Shown here: piece by piece, positions 25,326 to 37,835 of the stretch
How the letters are laid out: every line of letters starts with the position of its first letter
How positions within the stretch are numbered: position 1 is the stretch's first letter
Origin: Octopus vulgaris
Lineage: Eukaryota
Direction: 5' to 3'
Assembly: GCA_951406725.2 (NCBI GenBank)
Contig: OX597814.1
Span: forward strand, 66,402,001 to 66,466,000
Length of the DNA: 64,000 nt
The notes under the pieces: generated by a model
Told to the model about the DNA's origin: nothing
Database searches by the model: none
The model's input: only the letters and a program-made list of their open reading frames with translations
Program-made: the position numbers and the translations under genes

Positions 25326-28300
25326 TTGTTATGTTGGTGTTGAATCCTGAATGTAGAAACAGGGTCAAACATATTCTAGCCATCACACACCAAGAACTTT
25401 GTGTAGATTTCTTTATGTATGATCTTAGGCTATGATTCCAGGGAGACTCAGCTGCTTTTCTATTAGGGTTGAGCAACCACATCAAGACTCTCTGGTTCAT
25501 CATATTCCAGTCCATAGAGGAATATATGACTGCTAAGAAGGAAATAACAGGTAGCATTGCTGCTGAAATAAGCAAATCTGTGTTGCGTGATCACAAAGCA
25601 GCTGACAGGATCAGCAGCAACAGCAGTAACAGTATCAATGAGTTTCAACCATTGCCTCCAGCCACACCATCTTCATAAACACCACATCATCCACCAACAT
25701 CTACACAGACATTGCCTCTAGCACATTCACTTTGGTTTCTGGAAACACCACCAGCAATAGTAGCTTCAACTACAACAACAGTATCAACAACAACTCATTT
25801 GAAAGGATAACAAGGATTTAGGAGCAAGTTTGTTTAGAAGAAAAACAGGAACAAAGTAGAAAAACTCATCAATAGATGAAATAGAAAAACCATCTTGCCA
25901 TCCCTTCAGAATTGATGGAAAGGACTGCCAGAATAATTATTTTATATTGATGTGTTTTTAATGCCTCGGATATCCAAGTTAAAAAATGCATAAACCTTAT
26001 AACTTGAGGATAGTAATATGGCTCTGTGGAAGTGAGATGTTTCTCAAAAGCCCCTAGTGTATAAACATTCAATAGTCCTGTGCAGCCATGAGGGCCTACT
26101 TCTCCCAACATACCTTAATTAGCATGTGGTAAAAAGTAAAACATCAAAGATGCCACCATAATTAGACATCTGGTGTGTTGTGGTCTGTGTGGTAATCAAA
26201 TGCCCAAATACCTTGCTGTAAGAAAACTGACAGCAACAACAAAAATACAATTTCAGTAACAGCTTCAACAGTCAGATCTACATCTACAGCAAAAAACAAA
26301 CACAACAACAACAGTGGTTACAAAGATGAGCAGTGCAAATCACAAATCATTTATTGTAGAACAATTATGCCTCCAAGCAAGAGATATCACTCATCTGTAT
26401 ATCCAGCATCTCAGAATCAATCACACACACATTCTTACACCTCTTATTCCCAGCACAAACACAGTGGTTACAGAGATACCTTATTGATTGATAAGATTGT
26501 GAAACCATGGCAAAGACATGTGTCTGAACAAACAAGAAAAACAATTCAAAAAGAAGGCTTTTAGAATTTAGAGCAAGTTGGATCAATTTTTAAATCATCC
26601 ATCACCAATGACGCCATCACTAAAACAATACTCATACAACTACAACTGCAGCTACAGTGTTAAACCTAACATGCATACATGGCGAATAACAACAAAAAAT
26701 ACAGCAATAACACATACAGTCAAGTATACAAGCTGAACCTTTAATTGACTTCACAGTTGATCTGATTCAGTGGTACTTAAATTATTGACCCCCGAAAGGA
26801 TGAAAGGCAAAGTCGACCTCAGTAGAATTTGAACTCAGAACAAGATACAATAATACTGTTACCAAAGAGGTGACCTTAGACAAAAACCTGTCAACCCCAC
26901 TTCCCTCAAGATGAACTTGTAATTCAAACAGACATGAACATTTACCTCACACTTAAAAAAACTATCCCGCAGACATTGGGCTCATCCATTTAAAGTCAGC
27001 TAAACAAACCTTAGGCAGGCCTTTCACTAATTCTTCCTACACCAATGAGGAGGCTGAATCAACCAACCCCCTCAAAGACTAAGGTTGGTGGCCCCTCTCT
27101 TTGCTTTTTTTTTCTTTCTGACAAAGATGCCTGTTCTCAGAGTTGGTTGTATAAATGTGTGCAGTCAGGCATCAGCTTGGAAGTAAGGTCACTTGTTCAA
27201 TGATCTCAGATCTCTTGAGATAGGTATCATAGGAGACCAGGATTACTAGAGTGCATGCACTCACACCCCTTTTAAGTAATTAAGATATTCTCATCTCATA
27301 GTTTCTTAAGATCAGGTGGTGGGGTGACAGTATTATTGCAGAAATCCTTGAATCTCAAGGTATGGACAATGTTCCTGGATCCAGATGATGAGTTGGTGGT
27401 TCTTGATGTGAATGGCAGTGAATGTGGTGCCTTTAGAACAAGTGGTTGTTTATACCCCAACGTGTATTGAAGGTCAGATTTCTTTGGACATCTAGAAGTA
27501 ATTCTAAGGACATCCTGATTATTACTACTGGTGAGGAGTCTGAATTGTAATTTAGATGCACAGAAGGACTGTGTTGAGGTTAGTGTATAGAAAAAATCTT
27601 GAAAACCTACTCAGAAGTTTCCAACTCTCTGACAGGCATTGAATGGATTTCTTTGATGTGCCAGTGTGGAGCAACCACAGCAGGTCATCTAGACTGTATT
27701 TAGATAGAATATTTGTTAGGCCAATGAATAGGGATAATGTAGGATGTTAACATTTCACACTAATTGACTACATAGAGCACATATTTGTGATCTGCTTAGT
27801 CAACTTAGATAGACAGTAACCCAGTTATTGGAAGTTGAATATGTCCTTACCAGCACAGAGACAAGAGGGACTAGATTGGTGAATTAGTCAAGCAGCAGCT
27901 AGCAGAAACAGTTATCAACAACTAGTGATGGCATGCCATGAAGAGGGTAATTAGAGCAGACTCAGTAGTGTTTAGCAAAGAGTTAGCGATTGCAGGAAAT
28001 AGATTAGTGAGAGAACTAGTTAGCAATCTGGAAGAGACAATTAGTAAAGGCATTGGGATCAACATACTAAGCAAGAAGTGACCTTTGAACATTTCTTTGA
28101 GGCTCTGTTGTCAGAGCTAAGGAACATGCACTTAAACACAGGGGAACAAAGCTGCATTCAGATGGGTGCATGTTATTAGGATCCAAGCAGCTTGTTCAGC
28201 TTTCCAGCAGTATTTGAACTCAGAAAATACAGGGATGAAACTGATTGCTGCAATGTATTTAATCCAATATTTTCATGTGTCTACCAATGTACACTGTCTT

Positions 28301-28347
28301 TTGATTATAATCATTATTGCTTATTATTATCCCATTCTTCTTTACAG

Positions 28348-28497
28348 GAGGATTATAAAACTGCTGCCCGATTGTATAAGAGGGCCACTGAAATCAAAGA
28401 GACTGAAGCCAGTTACACAGGAAAGGACTTCTCTCGGTGCAGTTCTGGGGGTGACACAAACTCTACCGTGAAAAACAGTGAGCGAACTGTAGGTTAG
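28348..28497 (+). CDS. NPHP3: NPHP3 probable last coding exon
   Basis: tttacag|GAG GAT TAT. Encodes EDYKTAARLYKRATEIKETEASYTGKDFSRCSSGGDTNSTVKNSERTVG*, like the NPHP3 C-terminus (KAAELYKRAMEIKEAE..SRHSSSGDT). Confidence 0.88.
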   Translation, partial: EDYKTAARLYKRATEIKETEASYTGKDFSRCSSGGDTNSTVKNSERTVG

Positions 28498-30479
28498 GCT
28501 CAGAAAAGAACACTTCCTTATTGACCATACAAATTATTGTTTTAGTAGTTTCAGGACTGCTCACTCACTATTCAAATATAAGCTAATATAGTGGGCCTGT
28601 AAATATTTAGCTTATTTAATGAGATTGCTCATAGAGTGTTTACAACTATGTAAGTGAAATGATAACATTATTAACTTATTTATTGTTGTTGCTCACAGTT
28701 ATACATGTTTGGGAAATGTTGTCGGGAGTACATAAAACATTTCAGACCTTTGATCAATTGAAAATCATAAAAACATACAACTATGTTGCTAATATTTACA
28801 ATATTGTTAACTATATTCTGCATCAATATAATATATAAAAATATAATAGAACATAAATTACAACAACTAGCTTGATATAGATTGAAAGAGTTGACTTATA
28901 ATATCAGATGCAGACCAAAAGATTTATATTGTTGAATGTAAATCATCTGGTTTGCTTCAAACTGTGATAATCCATCTCTTTTAATCAATATCAATATAAT
29001 TTTATATATAGCATGCTGCACTTTCAACATGTAAAGAAATAATTTCTAGCTGGAATTACAATCCAATCATAGACATATAACTTATCCACAGTGAAAACTA
29101 AATGTGATTTTTTACAGTATCTCATTAAAGACTCACTGTTTTAGATTAAAATCTTTTTGTTAGTTACATTTGATTCTTCTATTGAGTGTATTGAAAGTGA
29201 TATCTTGTGGTGTGATACAAAAGCTAATTTCTTTAAATGAGATTTTGTAATGCTCATAGCAATACCTTATATTTATCCTTCATGTATAAGGAATTTGAAT
29301 GGAAATTTATATTTTCTGAAGTAACCAAAGTGCAGTTGTGACTGTATTTGCTGTCTCCTTAGTTTCTGTACAAACTAAATGTATTTTCCCTTCTCATCAG
29401 AATTCCAAAGACAGCAATATATATTGGAATCAAATGTTTACTTCCACCCTTATAAAGTTAAACTATTATGCCACAGGTTTATTAGATTTATGTGTATTGA
29501 TATAGTTGACTATCTCTATACCTGCTGCAAGCTATAACCCAACAACACTATTGCCAAAAATAATGTTACTTTGTCTAGATGGCTATTATTAAAACATTAC
29601 ATATTTCTTTATTTGCTTTCCACATAGTCATTACTGCACTTCACTAAAGACATCACTGCCTTCAATTTATTCAAAAGAAGGCAATACACTAAAGGGTTTT
29701 TTAATGATTTCTGTAGCTCATCAAAAATATCTAATATCAATAATGAGTTTTTTTACATAGAATTGTTACTTAGGTAATTAATCCAGGTAGATTGGGTTAA
29801 TGAGTTTTAACTAGAGGTTCAATGAGAAGTTAGTGATAACAATACAAAACGTCAAATTTTAAATTTAAACAGGTAGATTGGCAATCTGCTACCTCAGCTG
29901 ATTGTAGAAATTATACTGAAACTGGACAACTAAAAGCAAGAAAAACAGTTATATTGAAAATACAATATAAACTTAATACATTTAATAAATGCAAGCATAA
30001 AATTCAGATCAGATATGATGAAAGTGATTTTAATGAAAAAGGTTACAAACATACATAGATGTTTGTAACGTGCAAGCATTCTTGTATCCCCATACAACAT
30101 ACACATGCGTTGTGTCTAGTGCTGGTATACTCTCAACTTAACCTTCACCAGTTCTTCCACAGCCAGACACAATCAAATATTTACCAAACTGCTGTTTGTT
30201 TGTCTTCATCTGAAATTCCATTTCTTAGAACTGTATTTTCTTCCTAAGAATACTAATGTCTTCCAATGCAAAACTTCTTAAATTATCTTTCAAAATTCTT
30301 TTTATTAAAGAGAAACAAGTTAACTTTTTTTCCAAAATGTTTGCTTCCTGCCAGAAAGCAATTTGAAACCATGAAGCTTGTTAATTTCAAGGAACATAGA
30401 ATGGCTTTACCATAGTTTCTTTCATAGGAAAGGTTGGGGTTTAATTGTCACAGCCACCAAGCTAAAAGAGATTTTAATT

Positions 30480-31150
30480 TTACACTGCTAGCTTGTTGTT
30501 GGCATCCTTTTTGTCTCGGGAGACAATGGAGTTGCGCATAAAATAGTCCAGTCCAGCTTTTACATTTCATGTCCTGATACATTTCCTGCTGTGGCTGTGT
30601 AGTCCTATCCTGGACAGACACTCCCTCTGGCAGGTACCGCAAATGTAGCGAAGACTGTTCCTGGCTGGTTGTAGTGTCAACCCTGGGTAGATCATCAGAT
30701 ATTCCAGGGCACATGGTCCTGACATTCCAGCTTGCCAACTGCAGGACTGGTGGTTTCTTGTCTTTTAGTTGTTTGCCTGGTGCAGAGGTTGCAGGCCGCT
30801 TTTCAAGTCATACTCTTAGCTCCAAGCACCCAATGAAGCAGGCGGCCTGTGGCGGGTTAGCACCTTATTAACTGGGGGTTGCCCAGCTTGAGGTGGGCAG
30901 TAGCTAACCAATAGGACACGCAGGTCCCTCCCACCACCAGAGGTAACCCGTAGCGCCCATATTTTACGCCAATCTGAATGGACTTATCACTCGTGACTGT
31001 TACCTCCCGTGTTGTTTCTGCAGCTTTTTACAGCAGCACTGAAGTGTCCTCTCCAGTTTTGCGCAGGCCTGGGCTAGATATAAGAAAGTCCTGGGTAGCC
31101 CAATCGTCAAGTTTCCTCTCTCGACCTTGCTGATGTAGTCATTAGCTGTA
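30480..31150 (-). mobile_element. RTE LINE 5' region fragment (APE endonuclease start)
   Basis: LASWNVRTMCPG motif preceded by a GC-richer 5' UTR-like region. Confidence 0.7.
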
Positions 31151-33189
31151 CCTCTGTATGGTACCTGTTTGAGCCATCAATAACTAAATCTCTTAACCAT
31201 AAACAGCACTACATTGCTGCTGACAACCACCACCATTCACACTTCAGGTTGTAGTGTTTGTAGTCTGTTTAACTTGCAACACCACTTATCAACAAATACT
31301 GTCTCATAAATAGCAAAACATTTTTCTAGTCATATTTTTGATAATTTTCTGTTTTGTTATAATAATAAAAACAGTATTTTCTTGTTTCAGTTTATAAACA
31401 TTTGTACAAATCTGAAAGAAAAAAATTAATAAAATGAGAAAATAAAGTAATTTATATTTTAATAACTTTGTTGTTCATTATCTTTATTTAGAGCTGATGA
31501 GAAATAATTATTTATTATTATGTATTGTGTGGTGAATTTAACTTTTATAATAAACTCAGAGAATGATCTCTCTTGCTGATTTCAAATTGGGGAAAATATA
31601 TCTGAAGTTCATGATTTACAGTATTCAATGATAATTTAAATTTATTAAGCCATATTCTTCATTTCCACATGTCATTTGTCGGAGTCCATGATCACCACTG
31701 ATGAAGATGATCTACGATTAAAGATGTTTCAGATAATTAGTGTCTGGCTAGGATTACATCATCCATTGATATATTTTCTTTTTTTAAGATTGTAAGGTGT
31801 GATTTGAATAATTTTTTTAAAGTCAGTAACTACGTAGATATTCTCTTATTTGTGTGACCCTTTGCCTTTTATTTTTAAATGTTCTTAAAATATATTCTTA
31901 AAATATAAATCTAAGATTCATAACATGAGGAATTACATTGATCAGATTAACACTTACATGCAAGCTAAAAATGCATCTATAAGACAACATTGTTATATTT
32001 TAATTAAATGAACATGTTACATCTAGCAATAAAAGCATACTTGAAACATAAGTTTACACTGAAAAATAAATTTAAATAAAAGCTAGCAATGGAGTATATA
32101 TGAGTATTCCAATACATCTAACCCTAAAATATACAAAAAAAAGCAGTGCCAAAAAAGAATGATGATATATTAAAACCTTTCCATTCATGCTCTTCTATTA
32201 ACACACTTCTTTCTCAATACCAATGAGGAGGGTCACATGAGGTATAAGTTAGATAAAAGTTGGTAGTCTTGTATACAAGATCCTATTTAGAACATTTAAG
32301 AAAATATAAAAGGGAAGAGGTAAACAGCTGTCAATCAAATATTAACTGAAAGAAAAGACAAACATGTAATAAATGATATATGTGTGTGGTTGGGAAGCAG
32401 CATGAAACAGGCTGTAATTTATTTGTGAACAGAGACTGCAACTGATATTCCACTTTGGTATCCCTTAACGTCCTCAATAATAGCTGGTGTAAAGTAGTGC
32501 AAAATAATGTATTAAGAGAAATGAAAATTTAAAATCTTATCAGCATATGCATGCAAAGAGTCAAGAAAATATCATAAGAGAAAGCTACTTGTTTAGATGG
32601 GAGCACAAAAGTCGTAAACTTCATGACTAGTTGTTAATATTGGGCAAAATATACATTTCCTTACTATATACATTTCAAATAAAGTTCAGTTTTAGCACAT
32701 TATATTACACAATGGAGAACAAAATGAAGCAGAAAAAATATCTTGATAATACGAATTCTGTATATAGAATACAAAATATTAAAAAAAAAATTATGTTTAA
32801 AAATAAAATATATAAAGTAAACTGCACCCTAAATTATTTTCTGCTTGTGGGAAGATATCAGATGGCAAAAATTCAGAAAATTTGAAGTCAGCGATAACCA
32901 ATGAGTAAACAGACAAAATGTCCGTATGATTCTATAAAAGTTGCACTTATGACCACATCGTATGTATATGACTAGATATAACAAGAATGGCATTGTATAA
33001 CATGAGATGTCTATAAAGCCAGTATAATTTGATGAGATACCTTACAACCACAATAAGTTTACATACAAGACAAAAATAAAACGTTGTACTAAATGTAAAC
33101 GAAGTACAAACATATTTAGCATAAACAATTCTCTTCACACAAGTTCCTCAAAAACCACAACACTAAAGATGCAAACAGTACAGAGAGAA

Positions 33190-33480
33190 CAACGGGTACT
33201 TTAATTGATCGACCCAGAGAAAATGAAGACCAATGTTAAATTCAGCGCAATTCGAACTTAGAACCGGAGTAAAAACTGGAACAAATGCCGTAAGTAACCT
33301 TGTCCGACGTTCTAACAATTCTGCCTAGGCATAAAACCAAGAATTTAGGGAGAAGACTTGTTCGATTACATTGATTCCAAACTCTGAAAGGTTGAGAGGT
33401 AAAGTCAATCTCGACAGAATTTCAACTCAGAACGTAAAGTTCCGGAAGAAAATGTTGCTAAATATTTTGTTCGACAGCTA
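33190..33480 (-). mobile_element. Cluster of SINE fragments
   Basis: Two decayed copies of the gaatttgaactcagaacgtaaa core. Confidence 0.65.
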
Positions 33481-33489
33481 AAGACTGCA

Positions 33490-35900
33490 ATGACGTACCA
33501 ATACTTCAGCTGATTGGATTGGAAGCTCCAGAACTTGGGCTACATGTCGTTAGAACATGTTTCCATAAACTCTTACTTCAAATTTACAAGTCCTAATCGT
33601 CAGGTTATAGTGTTTTCCACCCAGCGTTCACCAGCTCCAAAATTCTGTATAAGGACTCAGAATATATGCTTTATTCCATTAAAGTTCATAAACAATTTAA
33701 ACTCTTTACTTACTAAATACGGTCCATTGTCACAGGCTAACCATGAGTGGCGAAAATTCTTAGTTTCTTCCTTATGATTGTGACAGCTGATGAATTTGTG
33801 ATCCATTTCGAGTATGTATCAATAACAATAAAAAAAAACATGTCCCATGAATGGACCGGCAAAGGCTACGTGCATTCTTTCCCATGGCAGACTTGAATAT
33901 TCCCAAGAAAGAAGTGGAGTTTTTTTCGACTGCTTTAACCTTGAATGTGTGTTTCACAAGCCTTACATGTCATTTCAATCTCAACATCCAAGTTTGACCC
34001 TCACATAGCATGGATCGAAAACCTTCACGCATACTGTTCCAACATCGATCTTCAGTTTCAATCTTTGGAGGGACGACTACTCGATTTCCCCCACAGTACC
34101 ACGTCATTTCCACAACCTAATTCTTCTTGCTTGTTGAAGCATGGCTTCATTTCAGTAATTGAAGCACTTCATCTTTAATTCATATACCCTACCCAGAATA
34201 GGATCTCTTGTGGTCTCATTTCAACCACTGTAGCAGAGCAGTTGATTAAATCAATTATGTGAACTCTATTCCCTCAACTGGAACAATTTTCCACAATGAA
34301 ATTCACCGATAGATGTCTAAGACAGACATCAGCATGGTACTATAATTAGTAGTTATAGATTGCCAAGGTGGAACTTGTTTGTTTTCAGCAAACAATCCCA
34401 GCAGTGTTTTGCCATCGATGTAAAGAGTGAAAAGAATGACCATGCAGATATTGAAGGGTTTGATAGCAAACTTCAGTACAAGGCCTTTCTTTTCTGTGTA
34501 GGATACTTTTTCTCTGCAGCAGACAGCGTGTCTAATGTAATGCACAAGATTTTCACTCCCATTATTCATTTTATATGCCATTCTCTTCAACTCTAGGTAC
34601 AAGGCCCGAAATTTGGGGGGAGGGTGCCAGTCGATTAGATCGACCCCAGTACGTAACTGCTACATAATTTATCGACCCCGAAAGGATGAAAGGTAAAATC
34701 AACCTCGATGGAATTTGAACTCAGAACGTAAAGACAGACGAAATACCTATTTCTTTACTACTCACAAGGGCTAAACACAGAGAGAACAAACAAGGAGAGA
34801 CAAACGGATTAAGTCGATTATATCGACCCCAGGGCGTAACTGGTACTTATTTAATCGACCCCGAAAGGATGAAAGGCAAAGTCGACCTCGGCGGAATTTG
34901 AACTCAGAACGTAGCGGCAGACGAAATACCGCTAAGCATTTCGCCCGGCGTGCATGCCATTACTGTTTATATTCCATAGGGGGAATCATCTACATGTACA
35001 AGAACTGGTTTGAATGGGTCAAAGTGAGTCAAGGAAGGTGCAGAACACACCATATCCTTAGTAACTTAAGAAGCTCTTTCCTTCTCCGGACCTCACAGCT
35101 ATGCTTTACCGTTTTTTAGCAGACGATCCAGTGGCTCAGTGACTGTTGACAAATTTGGTAAATAGTGTTTATAACAACTCAACGCTCGCCCCAAAGTAAG
35201 CTGTCAACTCAGTGGCGTTTTGGGGGTAGGGGCTTTTTGTATTGCCGCAGCTTTCTCTGAAAGGAAAGTTATGTCTTCTTCGCTGATTCTAAAGCCAATG
35301 TATATCATTTCTGGAAGAAGAAACTGACATTTAGTTTTTCCTAATTCAAGTCCTGCTTCATCCAATACAGACAATAATATTCTCCGAAGATTCATAAAGT
35401 TACTTGTATCATTCATTCCAGATATTATAATGTCATCTATCCCCCCTTAACAGAAAGGAATAACTCTTCTTAAGTCATTTTCCGATGACAGACACCTAAA
35501 ACTCTGTGTACCTCGAATTGCAAGTGAGTGGGTTTTCTGTCATCCTTTCTTTTCTCATTGAATTGCCAACATTTTCGACGAATATATCCGATACGCTTAC
35601 ATGCATAAATTCCTTATTTTTGAAAGAACACACATTAGCAAGATGATTAGTATTTAAATTAACAATAGTATTAGCATTTCGCTGGCAGCTTATGGATAGA
35701 CTTTTCAGATTCAAATCTGAATGTTCCTAGAACACTTTGTGGCTGATTCAATTACCACCGATATTTCGAAATCACTCTCAAATGTCAGTATCTTTTCATT
35801 GAGCAATAATTGCTGAATTTTCTCATTCTGGACTCCCACTATTAGCCTAATGAATCTTGCAGGCATGAAGTGGATTCGATCCACCATAGCCAAACTTTTC
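33490..35900 (-). mobile_element. Ty3/Gypsy LTR-retrotransposon remnant (gag, RT, RNase H, integrase), interrupted by SINEs
   Basis: Gag RLIVGVQNEKIQQLLLNEKILTF with a knuckle remnant HLANVCSFKNKE. RT IDDIIISG..KCQFLLPEMIYIGFRIS; RNase H FTLYIDGKTLLGLFAENKQVP; integrase LWGNRVVPP and CDNGPYLVSKEFKLFMNFNGIKHI. Order is gag-RT-RH-IN. Confidence 0.88.
34592..34952 (-). mobile_element. Two tandem SINE copies inserted in the Gypsy element
   Basis: Two copies of atcgaccccgaaaggatgaaagg.aaa.tc.acctcg..ggaatttgaactcagaacgta. Confidence 0.85.
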
Positions 35901-37204
35901 TAACGGTAAAACAATAGTTTTTCTGTGACAGCAGTTTTACATTTGCCAGATTGCTTTAGCTAGGTCGAAATAATGTCTTCACCACTTGACCTTTCTAACT
36001 GCTTCTATTTTACTAGAATTAAGATAACAAGATCACCAACTAAATCTATTGTTCTCAATGATTGTCTATCCTTCTGGATAGTTATAAAAACAAGACCCCG
36101 CAAGCAAAAGGCAGTTAGTCACTTGGTGATGACTCAACCAGTTAGTCACTTGGTAACAACTCAGTTAGTGAGAGCAGAGTCTGGTTGACCAGCTGAACAA
36201 AATCCCGTCTCTAAAGATAAGGACACAAAAATGACAACTATGGTAACTCACCAACGCAGTTGTTTCGTCCCATACTCTTTCCCTCTTACTAACTCTATTT
36301 TCTTTTACAGCATCACTCTGTTTCTATCTGTAATTACTACTACACAATGACGAGAACATAAACACAAACTATATAAGGAAAATCTACATCTATCTTTACT
36401 TCGTCGTGGCAAGGTGTTGTATAATGTAACGGTAAAATAAATATTTCCTAAAAACTTCATGCATTGTTCATCTTTCACATCTTGCAGCATGTCGTCACAA
36501 TTAAATTTCAACCGATACAAAAATAATCTTCATCGTTACACCTGTCTCTAAGGTGTTCATTGAGTTCGTTCCTAAATTTACACTTCTCAAACATTTTTTA
36601 CGTGTTAAGAAACACTACCTGATGATTTCTTGGTCTGTATTGCTCGCGAAAATAACAAAAATCGCTTCAGACTTTCATTGGGCACAAGGTTAAAGGTTTT
36701 ACCATAAGTTGACAGGATTTGGTCAAATAATTTCTTTTCATTTGGTATACTATTGGATAGACTTCAAAGAATGGAGAAAAAAACATTTTGCACATTGCCG
36801 TCTTCTGCATCGTTTGCCACAAAGGCAAACCTTAAACATTCGATATAACTCATCCATTTCCACTGTACAGTTCCATTCCTTTACATCTCCAAAGAAAGAC
36901 ATTCTGAAGATGAATCTATATTGAAAATTTAAATTCAACCAATGTATTTGTACGTTCTTTTGCTAAAAACATACCAAGGTCTCAAATCTGTCGGTCTGTC
37001 TGTCTATCTGTATGTATGTATGTATGTATGTATGTATGTATGTATGTATGTATGTATGTATGTATGTATGTATGTATGTATGTATGCATGTATGTATGCA
37101 TGTTTGTAGGTATGTATGTATTTATGTATGTATGTATGTACGTACGTACGTATGTATATTTTCTACTATAGCCTCGGGCCGACCAAAGCCTTGTGAGTGG
37201 ATTT

Positions 37205-37257
<53 letters not shown>

Positions 37258-37409
37258 GTATGTATGCATGTATGTATGTTTGTGTTCCTGTGTTTGTCCC
37301 CCACCATCGCTTGACAACCGATGTTGGTGTGTTTACGTCCTGGGGTCGATTTGTTCGACTAAAAGGCGGTGGTCCAGCATGGCCACAGTCAACATGACAA
37401 AAAATAAAA

Positions 37410-37473
<64 letters not shown>

Positions 37474-37694
37474 GGGGTAAACCTCCTTTACCCCATTTCT
37501 ACAATTAAAAAATCTTTATTGCTTCTAACCTTACAGCAGTTAAGAACAGCCATATCTTAGTCAGTCAGTGGAAGGACTTCACTACCTCATATGTTCTTAA
37601 AATTTAAATCCACATCTTTGTCTGTGTATCTACCTTCTCTATAATGTTGCGACTTGATTTGAAAATTTTTGCATTAATGGAAAACCTCTATAAC

Positions 37695-37778
37695 TGGCTG
37701 ATGAGTACTCAGCATCTTAAATCTGTTGTAATACTTACAACATTTAATAAAATGAGGTAGTACGAAACGATCCTACCA
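37695..37778 (+). ncRNA. Hammerhead ribozyme-like motif (type I, long helix II)
   Basis: tgg-CTGATGA-gtact-[cagcatcttaaatctgttgtaa tac ttacaacatttaataaaatgaggt]-agtac-GAAA-cgatcc-TA-cca. Confidence 0.6.
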
Positions 37779-37801
37779 AATTACCGGAGTCATTCTTGTT
37801 G

Positions 37802-37834
<33 letters not shown>

Positions 37835-37835
<1 letters not shown>

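Noticed and set aside
26860-28150. Possible LINE ORF1/LTR remnant in the last NPHP3 intron
   Set aside because: One weak Cys/His motif and no other diagnostic features.
32000-33150. Possible hAT transposase remnant on the minus strand
   Set aside because: Only vague motif resemblance (e.g. FSEFLPSDIFPQ); too degraded to support without a search.
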